Source of the DNA: Camelus ferus
Lineage: Eukaryota
Assembly: GCF_009834535.1 (NCBI RefSeq)
Contig: NC_045707.1
Location: 47,680,001-47,744,000, forward strand
Direction of reading: 5' to 3'
Length of the DNA: 64,000 bases
Made by a program: the position numbers and the translations under genes. Positions 11,738 through 24,532 of the stretch are shown piece by piece. The notes beneath the pieces were generated by a model. The model was not told where the DNA came from, made no database searches, and saw only the letters and a program-made list of their open reading frames with translations. The first letter of the stretch is position 1; every line of letters starts with the position of its first letter.

Positions 11738-12197
11738 TTTTCTTTTTTATCGAAGTATAGTTAATTTACAATGTTGTGTTAGTTTCTGGTGTAGAGTATA
11801 GTGATTCATGTATATCTTATACATATATGTTCTTTTTCATATTATTTTCCATTATGGTTTATTATAGGATGTTGAATATAGTTCTTTTTGCTATACAGTA
11901 GGACCTTGTTGTTTATCTGTTTTAGCTATAGTAGTTTGAATCTGCTAATCCTAAACTCCTAATTTATCTCTCTCCCCTTCTTTCCCCTTTGTTAACCATA
12001 GATTTATCTTCTTTGCCTCTGTTACAGTTTTGTAAATAAGTTCATTTGTATAATATTTTAGATTCCATATATAAGTGATAGCATGTGATATTTATCTATC
12101 CCTGTCTAACTTATTTCACTTAGTATGGTAATCTCTAGGTCTGTCCATGTTGCTGCAAATGGCATTATTTCATTCTTTTTTATGGCTGAGTAGTATT

Positions 12198-12240
<43 letters not shown>

Positions 12241-12323
12241 ACTACATCTTCTTTATCCAGTCATCTGTCGATGGACATTTAGGTTGCTTCCACGTCTTGG
12301 CTATTGTAAATAGTGCTGCTATG
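11738..12323 (-). mobile_element. L1 3' end (ORF2 tail plus 3' UTR), intermediate age
   Basis: Homologous to 38281-38830 (ttagattccatatataagtg, ccatgttgctgcaaatggcatt, gctattgtaaatagtgctgctatg); TSD CATTTCAT at 11730-11737 and 12324-12331. Confidence 0.9.
12200..12237. repeat. (TG)19 microsatellite inside the L1 fragment
   Basis: Read directly. Confidence 0.97.
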
Positions 12324-12527
12324 CATTTCATCTTTTTTTCTGTATTTTCCCTACTGTAAAATGAAGAAGACATTTATGGGATTTCATTTTGACAGTTTAA
12401 TTCTAAAATCGTAATTTTAAAATGTAAAAATTATGAAAATTAGTTCACTCAAAATATGAATTGGACAGCTTTGATATGCACAGTACTATATTTATTCTTG
12501 TAAAATGCCCAAAAAGTGTAACCATCC

Positions 12528-12890
12528 TGCTGTGGTCTGAATGTTTGTGTCCCCCCAAATTCATATGTTGACATTCTAACCCCCAAGGTTATGGTGTTTG
12601 CAGGTGGGGGCCTGGGAGATAGTTAGGTTATGAGGGTGGAACTCTCATATATGGGATTAGTGCCCTTATAAAAGAGGTTCCCAGAGATCCCTGGCCCTTT
12701 TCCACCTTGTGAGGACATGATGACATGTCTTCAGTCTGCAACCTGGAAGAAGACCTTCACCAAAACCTGGCCATGCTGGTTCCCTTATCTTGGGCTTCTA
12801 GCTTCCAGAACTGTGAGAAAAAATTTCCATTTTTTAATAGGCCACTTAGTCTGTGGTAGTTTGTTATAGCAGCTTGAATGCACCAAGATA
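12528..12890 (+). mobile_element. MaLR solo LTR, MLT1A0-like
   Basis: tgctgtggtctgaatgtttgtgtccccccaaattcatatgttg...gggattagtgcccttataaaagagg...ttgttatagcagc...caagata; TSD CATCC/CCTCC; paralogous to 6653-7017. Confidence 0.85.
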
Positions 12891-14188
12891 CCTCCCTGTC
12901 TTTGTGGCACCTCAAGCAGGGCTCTTCACACAGCAGGTGCTTAATAAATGTTAAGTGAGGATCTCTACCCATACAAAGTTTATATCTATTTGGGGAAAAT
13001 AAAAGACGTAGCTACAGATTCAACAGTTGTGTGGCAGTCCTGCACCCACGTGATACACAGTAGACCTTGAGCAAGCACCATATGAGTGTCCAGGTGGAGA
13101 AAGCCTGTGGGCAAAGATGGCTCAGGAGGCTTTGTGGGTTTAACAGGGAACTATGATTCAGACAGGTGAGAAGAGGAGAAGGGTGCTGCAGATGGGGCAA
13201 GCAGCCACTGGCAATCACACATTTTGCAGGGAGCGGAGCATCCACCTGCAGCAAGGAGCTTGTTTAGTAGTGGGAGGTGCGGCTGCAAAGAGTCTGGACT
13301 GTCTACCTTGGCCCTGTGGTATGGAATGGGGACTTTGTTCTTTATTCTGTAAAGAGTGGCTTTCTTTGTTTTTGAGCAGAGGAGTGATGAGATTAAACTA
13401 GCTTTTTTCTTGTTCTACCAGGTGTCAACAAAAGAAGCAAATGGAACAGGACCCAAGTTGGAATCAGGATGTTCTTAAGAGATTTTTAGCAGAGCCTAGT
13501 TATGAGATGATGAGGGTCTGATTTTGGGAAATGGAAACAGGAAGAGGACAGATGATTTAAAGGCTATGTTAGTGAATGAACTAAGAGAGAGAACTAATGG
13601 AGTTTGGTGACTGGGGAAGGTGAAGTGGGGAAAGGAAGAATGGAGAACAGTTACATTTGAAGCTCTGGTGGCTGGAAGGATACAGTTAACCTTTGACAGA
13701 GTGAAATAGCAGAATAAAGAAAGGGAAGCCAGACAAAAGGGAAAATCGATTATTTTAATTTTACACTAATATATCATTATTAATGGTACAGCATCAAATT
13801 CAGTATTTATATAATGTCTTGTAGTTTACCAGGCACTTTTCCAGGGATGACATGTCATTTGTGATGATGCAGTAGCCCACTAGAAATCCACAGGTGGTTA
13901 GAGAGAGATACACACGTACAGTTCCAATGAGAGGAAAAGGCTGCGAAATAGCTTAGAAGGTCCTCCACGTGGAAGTGTGCAGAGCAAATGGCACAGAATG
14001 ACTCATTTTAATCTGTTTAGTTCTCATTTTTGTTAGTTTGAAGCAGCATGTCTGTGATTGATTACATCTTTAATGTTCACTTCTTTTCTGCAATAGCTAG
14101 TATTTTAAAATCATCAGCCAGCGTTTTGAAATAATTCTTTCAAATAATGTGTGTATCCCATCTTAGCATTCATTCTCTTAAAAAAGTT

Positions 14189-14272
14189 ATATATCTATAT
14201 ATTTATATATCTATATATAAACTTTTATATATGTGTGTGTGTGTATATATGTATACATACACATATATACAC
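14189..14272. repeat. Degenerate TA/TG/CA simple repeat
   Basis: atatatctatatatttatatatctatatataa...gtgtgtgtgtatatatgtatacatacacatatatacac. Confidence 0.8.
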
Positions 14273-16214
14273 ATTTCCATTTGCAGATTCAACAGTATAC
14301 TGGAACAAACCAAAACAGGATCTGCCTTTGCATGTTTTTATCAGCTAGTGCTTGGGAGAGTGATTGGCAAACTGAATTGCAATGGTATTATTAAAATTCA
14401 TGAACCAGAGACTTACCGACGTGTGATACTCAAAAATGCAGTGGGTGCTAAGTATCTTTGACACATTCCCTAAAGCTTTAACCATCTTGGGAAAAAATGT
14501 TAGAAGTCTGTCAGGAACATATTGGATTTTCCTAAAGCATATGGTGATGAAATAGAGTATCATTTTACGAGAAAATATTGTCACACTGGCTTCCTGGCTC
14601 CACATGTCATAGTCATTTTCTATTTCTATTTTGTAGTTGCCTTTCTTCTGTGCCCTTTCTTTTTAGGATGAATTTCATTCCCGGTCTTGGAAGAATGTCA
14701 TTGTTTTCGCCCCCTCTCTCTTTCCTTTGGCCATTCCTTTGTTTTCATTCTTCCTTCCAGAGCCTTTTGTTCTCCACAATGAAATCTTTATACTGTGTTT
14801 CAAGACTGGGAGTTGTGTACTTTGATCAAGTTTTTGTTTTCATTACACTGAGAAAGTTTTCATCTTCCAGCCCTTTCTCTTCTCCATGGTTTATGTGCTG
14901 CTGTTTCATCCTTTTTCTGAAGTAGTTGCTTTCATCCCAAACCTGGCTGGGTTGCAGGAATGGAAGTGGTTATTTTCTAGCTTGCATTTTAAAAAAATCC
15001 ATTTTTATTTCAAGAGGATGATAGACAGAAAAAAAGCCACTGGGCCCTTTTACCACATTCTCTGTTTGGTCTCCTTGGGCTCTTTATAAGCATTGAAAAC
15101 GTTCCCACAGTTGGTCTAGCTCGTAACACCCAGTTGGTTGCAGGCAGGTGTTGAGGGTTGGCATCCTCTGGGGTGGCTGGTTGGTAAGCTCAATTTCCAA
15201 GTTCCTGGAATTGTCGTATTAATCTGTCTTCTAAGGCAACTAAGGAGCGATGCAGTCTTCCCCAAAGGCTTTTATTGTTTTAGAGTTTTAGAGGCCACGT
15301 GGGTATTTCTCATTCGCTGTGAATTTCAAATTCTTTGCTATGTTCTGTCAGTAATTAAGACCTGGTGAGCCTGGATAATTGTTCTTCAACACAGCTCCCT
15401 GCTTGAAGCAGCCGTGATGCAAGATACAATCCCCTCTCTCTGCCCTAGCGAGGACAATAGAAGCTTCCCCTCAGATGCATTTGAGACACAGCAAATTTAA
15501 AATTTCATACCAGAAAATGAACTGGGAAGACATGGCTGAAAGCCGGACCAAAGCAAAAGTCGGGCAGCTGTTTATCTGTAGCTCACATCACCTGGACTAC
15601 ATCCCAGTCGTTGAAATTCATCCTGGAGCCAATTCAGTCAGCTGTAGTGCTAGGAGAGACTTATCTTTGACTTGAAGCAAGATAGAGACATGAAGTCACA
15701 GTCTCTTCACGGCAGTTAGAAACGGTGTGGCAGACGACCTTTCACTGCAAGCCAATTATTTTCCAGAGGAGTGATTTCAATATAAACCATTTAAAAAAGT
15801 ACCACTTAAAAAGCTTTAAACATTAAAAAAAAAAATTAAGTGATTCTCCAGCTTCCCTACTTTCTGGATTCAGTCCATTCTCCATGATATTAACAAATTT
15901 ATCTTTACTTTGTGGTTTATCCATCTGAGACTGGGATCACTCTAAAAGTACTTTGATTGGCCCATACATGTCATTGAAATATCTAAAATATAATACTGTT
16001 GATGCAAAAATTATTTACTTTCATAAAGTTAATTTTATAGTTAAATTCCACCAAATCCTTTTATTTCTCTGTCTTAGAGACACTTTATTACCTTAGTTAT
16101 TCTGTCCTGCTGATTCCTCCTTCTAAAATGTTCTTACCCTCCATTTCTCACCTGTTGAAACCCTTCTTATTGGCTAAAGTTCAACTCAAATGCCACTTCT
16201 TCTGGAAGATTGCT

Positions 16215-16400
16215 TTCCACAAATATTTATTGAATTCTTTCTCTGGATCAGGTAGTATTCTAAGTGCTGGGGACACATCAGTGAATAAGGATAAAGTTCC
16301 TGATCACATGCAGTTTACATTCTGGCAGTTGGAGATAGCCATTGATAAATAACCAAAGAAGTAGATCTGTAACATATCAGGTGAATAGAGGAGGAAAGGT
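16215..16400 (-). mobile_element. L2 3' remnant
   Basis: caaatatttattgaa...tattctaagtgctggggacacatcagtgaataaggataaagttcctg. Confidence 0.65.
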
Positions 16401-19400
16401 AATAGGTAAAATAAAGGAGGGGTAGGAGCTAGAAAGTGATGGAGGAAAGATCGGTGAGAGAATACAATTACTCTTCCTTTCATACTCCTGTAGAATTTAA
16501 TAATACTTATGTTACATACTTTTTTATACATGAGAAAATGACAAAAATGTTTTAGTTATTGTAAGCTGTTTGCAGACAGGAAGTTATTTAGCTTTGCATT
16601 CACCAATGCCTTGTATACACAGGCACCTAATCAGTGTGCAGTGTATATGCAATTGGTGGCACACAGGAAGCTGCCAGCTTATCTGTAACATCATCAATAC
16701 ATGTTGGTGTCATGTGCTCTGACTCAGGTCAAGAGATGGAGAAAGTGTGTCAATCTACTGGGGAGCGAGAAGTGACAATGAAGTCAAAAGTCCTCTTTCT
16801 AAGGCTGAAACTGTTCAGTGGTGGAAGTCAGAGAAGTCCAAGGAGGCAAGCATACAGCTGAGAATGTGCTAGGAAGGAGGAAGGGGAGAGGCAGGTTGCT
16901 GCATCAGGGGGACTACAAGAATCATGGGTGATACTAAACTAGTGAAGGTCCCTCCTGATTAGTGAGCCTAAGCACCCCCAATGACTGAGATTTTGAATAA
17001 CATACTGAATTTCAGCTTGCATATGGTACCCCTTTAATATAACGCATTAATTAGCTTATCTATCATTTAATACTAAATGCTATTTCTCATTATCTTTTTT
17101 GGATAGCCTTTTGGTAAGAATGCTAGCAAGACCAAACCTGGTTCATATTCTAGCCATTTCCAGAAGTGTTAGAGTGGGATAAAAAGTGAGTGGGGAGTAG
17201 GCCAACCACAGAAATATGCTGTGTAGCTAATAATTAAAAAATTCTTACTAGAGTTCAGTATCATAGATCCTAGCAATATATTTTTTAAACCAACAGGATA
17301 TATGTAGGAATTACAGTCTACCATGCCCTATTCTAAACATTTTACCTATCGAATGATGTCTTGCCTTTGTAGTGCACTTTTCAGTGTTCAGATAATTCCA
17401 TCTCTCTACTTGATCTCTACAGAAACCTTGGAATGTAGTATTCACACTGTCTGGCCTTCAAATATGTGAGGGGTGCGATCATTGTCAGTGAGCTGAGCAG
17501 AACCCCCACATTCAGGGGACTGTGGACTCCCAGCTCAGATGTTCATGTCTTATATTGAGCAAATTCATGAATCATAGATTTGAAATGGGGGCTGGATATT
17601 GGCCAAGGTATTATGTTACTTTATACTTTCAAGGCCAGACTCTTCCAGTACATCAGCTGTCCAGTTAAATAGTGAGGTGGTGGTGATTCATTTTGAAGCT
17701 ATGCTCAGAGAAGTTTTTAAACTTGCAGTGATCCTGTCTTCCTCTAGAAGCCTCTCAGTTTTTCAGATTGTCAAACAGTTATGCTAGAGAATGGCCATCT
17801 ATTTGTGGAACTTAAAAAAAAGTCAGAAAAATTTTTATATCTTTAAGGAGGCAATTAGTGTCTCTTTTCTCTTGGTGTCAGTGTAGTTTTGTAGTTTTTA
17901 GTACCTTTAAATATGGAAGGGAAAGAAATCTAAAATCTAAAATAAAGTATGTTTTGAGTAAGTAAATAGGGCCTTAATTTTAAAATATGTATCTATTATT
18001 AGTGATCTGAGAATGCTTTCAAAATGACTCAAAGCTGTTTTCTTTATTTCTCTCTGTCTTATGAGGTATAAATGAGGCATAAGAAACCAAAGTGACTTAC
18101 CCAGGTTTTACTGAGTTGGTCATAAAATTCTGGACATAGAGGACTGAGGCTGGGAAAAAACAAACTTTTCTCTGGTTTCTTTACTTTATGTGAATTCTCT
18201 ACTGGTTCATAAAGTTGGTAGCATAGCCTTAAGAAATGTCTTACTCGTGAAATGGGGTATTGATTCCATGGTTTATCCTTTTTCTCTTTCTTACTCGGAT
18301 ATCCTTTCAGTTCCTCAGTAGGGAAGGGAAGAAACAAACTACTGAAACTAAATACTGAAATGATGGATAAAAACAAAGACAGGAAACTAAGGAAGCTGAA
18401 GTATACTAGCCCCTGAATTAAGTTTGATTATCATAGTAAGATTTATTTTCATAAGAAAACGTTGCCTTGTTTTCTGAAAACTACCATATATAGAAGTTAT
18501 ATATCATTAAGATAAACAATCTTTTTTTTCCCAAAGGAAGATGACTTCTGGGCTTTAGGTAGGTAGAATCACAAACTCAAGTAACCTACGTAGACCAAAT
18601 CATAGGAGAGAGTGAAGCGAACTGAGTGTGAGAGAGAATGAGATCTGCCTGGAGTGTGGGGGCCTTTGAGGCACAGGACCCACCCAAAGATGGTCTGGCT
18701 CTGCTGCTGTAGGTCATGACTTCCAAATGCGAATGTGGGCCCTGGGCAGCTGAATTTCCCAATTTTTCAAGTTGGGTATCTAGATTTTTATGTGAAAGTC
18801 CCTGATTGAAAATTGATATCCAGTTCAGCAGATGGTATCTGACACCAGAACACACGTGTTCTGGCCTCCGCTTGGGAAGGACCAGGGTTTTGCTTCTAAG
18901 ATAGAGAGTGCCTTTGCATTTTTTTATTGTTTACTTTTATTTCAAAGCCAGAAACAACAGCAATGAAACCATGAGAACACAGAAACAGCCACTGAGGTGT
19001 ATAATTCTTCCAAAGCAGTTGTCTGTCCTCCAAGGCTCAAAGGAATGCTATTTTAGAGGAGAATCATAAGAAAGCGCTTGATATTCCAGATGAACAGTGA
19101 TCACAATGTTTGAGAAGTATACTAGGCAAGCAAGTGGAAATGAGTAAATTTCTGCTAATCTTTCAAGGCCATTCTTAAACCCCACTTACTCTGTGACCCA
19201 TTTGCTTTAAAACCAAATGTAACCTCTATGCTGTGATTTTTTCTTTTTTACATCACAAGTGAAGCTTAACAATAGGTTTAACAAGAGGATTGTCATGGCT
19301 AATGGCCAATCAGAACACATACAGCCTTTAAGAAACCAGTACAGATAATCGGTGCACATCAACCAAATACAAACCCTGTGTGTATCATACTTGAATACCC

Positions 19401-19405
19401 TAGAA

Positions 19406-19565
19406 CTTTGTTACACAAAGGAAAGACCTCAGACCAGTAGCATCAGCATCACCTGGGTACTTACGAGAAATGCAGAATCTCAGGCCCCACCCTCGACTTA
19501 CTGAATCTAAGTTTTAACAGGATCTCAAAGTTGTTGCTATGCACAACAGTGTTTGAGAAGCACTG
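19406..19565. mobile_element. MER5A-like hAT-Charlie non-autonomous DNA transposon
   Basis: gaccagtagcatcagcatcacctggg...agaaatgcagaatctcaggccccaccc...actgaatc...ttttaacaggatc...gtttgagaagcactg; degenerate 8-bp TSD ccctagaa/tcttggaa. Confidence 0.85.
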
Positions 19566-19784
19566 TCTTGGAACACTTTATAGCTCTCTTTGTCATCTAC
19601 CTTATCTTGCTTTATATTAAAGTTCTTTGTCAGTACTAGTAGACTATTTACTTGTTGAAGGTAAAGTCTACATTAAAAAATAATTACTACTGTCCTTAGC
19701 ATCTTGACCACAGTAAAGACTGAAGAAATTGTATTGAATTGAATTAAAATGGTAAAGAAAAAGTCATAGCAATATTTATAATCA

Positions 19785-20010
19785 GAGTAGCTCACATTTA
19801 TTGGATGCTTTCTATGTGCCTGATATGAGGTTAACTATTTTACAAATTGTATTTAACTTAGTCCTTACAACTAAGTAGAAGATAGAAACCATTATTATAT
19901 TTATGTTACAGATGAGGGCACAGAGGATTCAAAAGGGTGAGTAACTTGTGCCAGAACATGAAGGGCCAGAGAGGGGACAGCTTTGGCTGAATCCAAGCCC
20001 AAACCTGCAC
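19785..20010 (-). mobile_element. MIR remnant
   Basis: agctcacatttattggatgctttctatgtgcc...ttacagatgagggcacagagg...gagtaacttgtgccag. Confidence 0.65.
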
Positions 20011-21769
20011 CGTTGGCATACTTGGGTTGAATAAAAGAAGTAAGAGAAGACGATTGGAAGAAAATTATTTCAAGTTTGTGAGACGAGGAGAAGGATGTTT
20101 TATTCTTGATGATCCCGGAGGATTTATCAATAGTTGTGTTCAGGATCTTGTCCCTGAGATGAAATGCTTCTTTTAACAACAGACAATATCTGCTGGTAAG
20201 CATTCATCCTTGGCCAGAAGATGGAGCACTTTTGTCTTCATATTTTATTGATTCATCTGCCTGGAGATGAAAAGCCAAGAAAGAACTTTTTTTTTTTTCT
20301 TTCTTTCTTTTTTTTTCCTGACTCTGACAGCCGTTTTCCCTTTTCTCCTAAAGGAGTGAAAGAACTCAGGTAAATGTAGGAAAGATGATTGAAAGTGGGG
20401 AGAGGAGAAAGAGAGAAAAATGTCACTTGGCTTTTCAGACCCTTCCAGTGGCAAGCAAAGAGTCTGATAGATTCTGTGGCACAGGAAGACCTAGCACAAA
20501 TTTGGTGGGACCCCACTATCATGGTGGAGATAGGCAGTATGTAACTATTTTTAACATGCGTGTATGGTTAGGGCTTGACATGTATCATAGTGCTGTTCAG
20601 TACTAAAGAAGTGTAGATGAAATGAACAATTCTCCCTGTGTGCTGGGAAAGAAACCAGCCTAATAACCCACAGAGAGATGAAAACATAAAGTGTGGAGCT
20701 TAATAAAATTAAGTCTCTGCAAGAGAAAGTGAGATTCTCTTTTCATTAGCAAGCTTTGAATCATTTTCAGATATGGTTAGGAAGAACAGTATTAGATTAT
20801 TCACTAAACACCCACTTGGAAAGAATTATCTCAAACCACATTTCCATCCTGTTTTGAGAACTAGATAGTGAACCCTGCACAAAATTTTGCCACCTCCTAT
20901 CAGTTAGCTTCAGGAGACATTTATTTAGTTAAATGTCACTGAAAGCAAAACAAAATATATTGATATTCATTCCATAACCGTGTATACCATTGCTTCTGCA
21001 ATTTAAAGAGCCCTTCCAACAATATGCTAGAAGAATATTATATGCAGAATCTGTTAGTATAAAGCTAATTAAAAACATCAAAACTTTTATACATATATTG
21101 TCAAAAGTAGATGAACAGGTCTCAGGAGTAATTTCTTAGATTTCAAGATTAATTAGTGTCTTATAATAACTTATTTAAACTACATGTACAATCGTATATC
21201 TAAACTTCCATAATTATCTCTTCTGGGATAATGATAAAGAATTTACTCCTGTTAAACTCTTCCCTTTGATTGTTTAGAATCTAACATCCCCTTATTGGAT
21301 GCTTAGGTAATTTAAAATGACAGTTTCAAATATAACATCTTATTGTAAATATATATTAAATTCTGTTTCAAGATGAAATACAAACATTTGTAATTTGGGA
21401 TTTAGAACAATTTAAATCATGAAAATATTTTTTTAAAAACTCACACTCGGTATTTTGTTGTATGAAAATTAAACAAAATTTATCACAACATACTGGTAAA
21501 TATTTTAACTGTGAAAGGGTTTCATGCCTACAAAATACTAGAGGCTAGTAAGAATCCTCCTTCTCCATAAAGAGACCTCTAAATGGCTTTACATTTTTCT
21601 ACCCAAGATGTGAATGGAGAGAAGGACTCCAACTGTCAAGCCTTGAATTGAGACCGACATCTCTCAGTCTTCCAGTGCAGAGAGCTGCCATCTCTGGACG
21701 TGCCTTCCGTTCTCAGCCAGAACTCCTTTTCACAGGAGAGATGCCACCACTGTGGAGCTTAAGCTCTGG

Positions 21770-21990
21770 AGACTGGCTTCAGATAACAGTTTTGCCACTT
21801 ACAGTTATAGGACCTGGGGCAAGTCACACAAACTCTGTCTTGTTCTCACCATTTGTAAAAGGAGGATAATAAATACATCCACATTGTAAGAAGATTGTAC
21901 GGATTAAATGAGGTAATGCAGGTACGGAATTTGGTACAATGTTCTTTCAGAAATAAATGCCCCCAAACAATAAGCTATTTTCATTATTAA
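21770..21990 (+). mobile_element. MIR remnant
   Basis: ttgccacttac...gacctggggcaagtcac...ttctcaccatttgtaaaaggaggataat...ggattaaatgaggtaatgca. Confidence 0.7.
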
Positions 21991-24493
21991 TAACAAGAGA
22001 ATAGAACCCATTATCTTCATTTAGACATTAAATAAATCAACTTGAATTGTTACCATTTAGTTTTATTCTTGAAATAACATTTTGTATTTATTTTATTACA
22101 TGAGCATATGCAGCCGTTATATTACAAATTATAAATTCACATAAGCAAGAAGAAAATTTCTAAGTCTTACCATCCAGAGAAGACATCTATAATAACATCA
22201 CACACACACACATGCCTTTTTCCCCCATGCAGATATACGTCTCTGTTATGCATAAATAATCCCATTCAAACCAAAGTGGGATAAAAACTCTATACATGTT
22301 TGTTGAAAGCCACACACTGGACCCAAACTGCCCTGATTTAATTCCTGACTTTGCCACTCAATAGACTCTATGACCTTGGGAAAATTACTGATCTGTTTTA
22401 TGTGTTGATTTCTTCATCTGTAAAGGGAGAATAACTAGAGGATGTCCGCCAGTGTTGTGAGGATTAAGTAATAATTTATATAACGCATAGCACACTTTAT
22501 TATAGAAAGTCCCTGTGTAGGATGTATCTTTTAAGGATCCCATTTTAAGGGCCTTTCACTAGTAAAACATCAGGACCTGGTGTGGATCTATTCCTGTTAC
22601 TTCTCTCTGTCACCTTGATTCTCTAGGCCTCTAATTGTTCACATGATCAGTGTTGAAATTCCTCTGACTTACAGGTGATTTATAGAGAAGTCTAGCTCAG
22701 TTGAGCTACTGTAAGTGCCTACAGTAAGATTATTTTTCCCAATAGGGTTTAACCAGGTTGGGAGTAAGAACTGTATCTTATATTTCTTCATATTCCCCAT
22801 GTGTCTACATACTGTGCTTTGAATATTAAAAATGTTACGGTTTTTGAAAGAGTACCTGAAAAGACCATAAAGTAACATTCATCAACTGAGAAAAAGTTTA
22901 CTCAATGTTCTAAATGGGTTACTTGTGTTTTTTTACTTTAGGAAGAGGCAATGGAATGTGCTGATACAAATTTTTATATAATATTGCTTGAACTGTGTTA
23001 GAATTTTTTTGGCTTTGCTTTCAGGTTCTTATAGCATTAAATATCTTTTCTTCAAGTTGGCATTTGCTTTTTGCTATTTGTCTGTACAAAGTGTAAGGCA
23101 AAAGATGAAAGTAGTGCTCTAAAAAACTGAAATCTCTCCAAAGGTGATTGCAACAAAAAGTATCTATTGCAACTTTATAATTAAAGCTCTTGATGAAATG
23201 CACATGTTGAATTAATTTTTTTGAGAAGTCCTCCTTTCTGCCTTCTCCCTTTTTAAAAGATGAATTCATTTAACTGAAACCAACCAGAGGAAGGAAACAG
23301 TATGCAGGCTTGAAATTTTGTTTGGAAACAATTAAGTTCTGTCTTTCCCAAAATATAGATTGTGCAATTAATAGGGAACTTGGCTAGAGCAAGACTGTTT
23401 GCAAAATGTAGTTAGAAGATTGACTGATTTTTAGTTAGTATGCTGTTTGTACTTAATAACATTTAACTTGAACATTCACTTACATGAAAGTTATTCTTTT
23501 AAGATATACTGAAGAAATAGGTGGCATATATTTTGAGAAATACCTAGTTTTCAGTAAAAAAAGAAAAAAACAAACAAACACCCTACACTCAGAAGAGATG
23601 AATATCCTCATTCACTTTAAGTAGGAGGAAACTGTGTTAGGATGTATAACACTTTACTTAAAAGATTCATTCTGTGTAAAACTTACTTTGAAGAAGTAAA
23701 AATTCTCAACTGTAAAACATTTTAATACATTTTTTTTTGCTTTCAAATATATCTAGTCACTGAAAGTAGCCTAATAAAATTTTGTCTGGTAGAGAAAATT
23801 AGGGGAATTGCTTTAATAAATAAAAAAGATTTTTAATTAACATTGTCAGTAAAAGAGGTCCTTCTTAAGTCTTTGAAAAATACTTAAAAACAGCTTCCTC
23901 TCTTCAATAGATTGTTTCAATTACAATCTTCCTCTCACTATTTCTCCTTCATAGGTAGTAAAAGATAGTTTGAGTTCTGTCCTTGTTAAGCATCACGCTT
24001 CTGCAGCAAGTGGGGTATGAAGAAATGAAATGTTAAACATCTAAAGAACTTTGCTGTGACATGTCAATATCTACTTCCCATGCGTGGTTGTGTCAGCCAG
24101 ATCAAAGAGAGTAGGTGCTTTATCTCTGGATCTTGCTTCTTGTCCTTGGAGCTCAGGGTTCTGTCTTGTACTGGCTTCTTCTGAAGATCCTGAGAGCTCT
24201 GGAACTCCCAAGGATCTGCTTCACTGGGGCTCTGTCTGTGCTCCGGATCCATTAGATGGAGCCAACCTGGAATCTAAGCAGATAGCTACGGGGCTCCCCT
24301 AGCACTGGCAGACCCATTCTTGACACCTCCCACAAACAGAAGGGCAAAGGCTGCTGTTTTCCTGCCACTGATATGATTGGTTTAGGAACCCAGGCAAGTC
24401 TGGATGGGGAGTAAGACTTGTCAAGGTCAGTAAGGGGTGTCATGACTGCTTCCCTCTATTCCTTTCTGTTGAGATTAGTATTTGCTAGGGATA

Positions 24494-24494
<1 letters not shown>

Positions 24495-24530
<36 letters not shown>
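24495..24530. repeat. (TG)n microsatellite
   Basis: gtatgtgtgtgtgtgtgtgtgtgtgtgtgtgtgtgt read directly. Confidence 0.95.
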
Positions 24531-24532
<2 letters not shown>

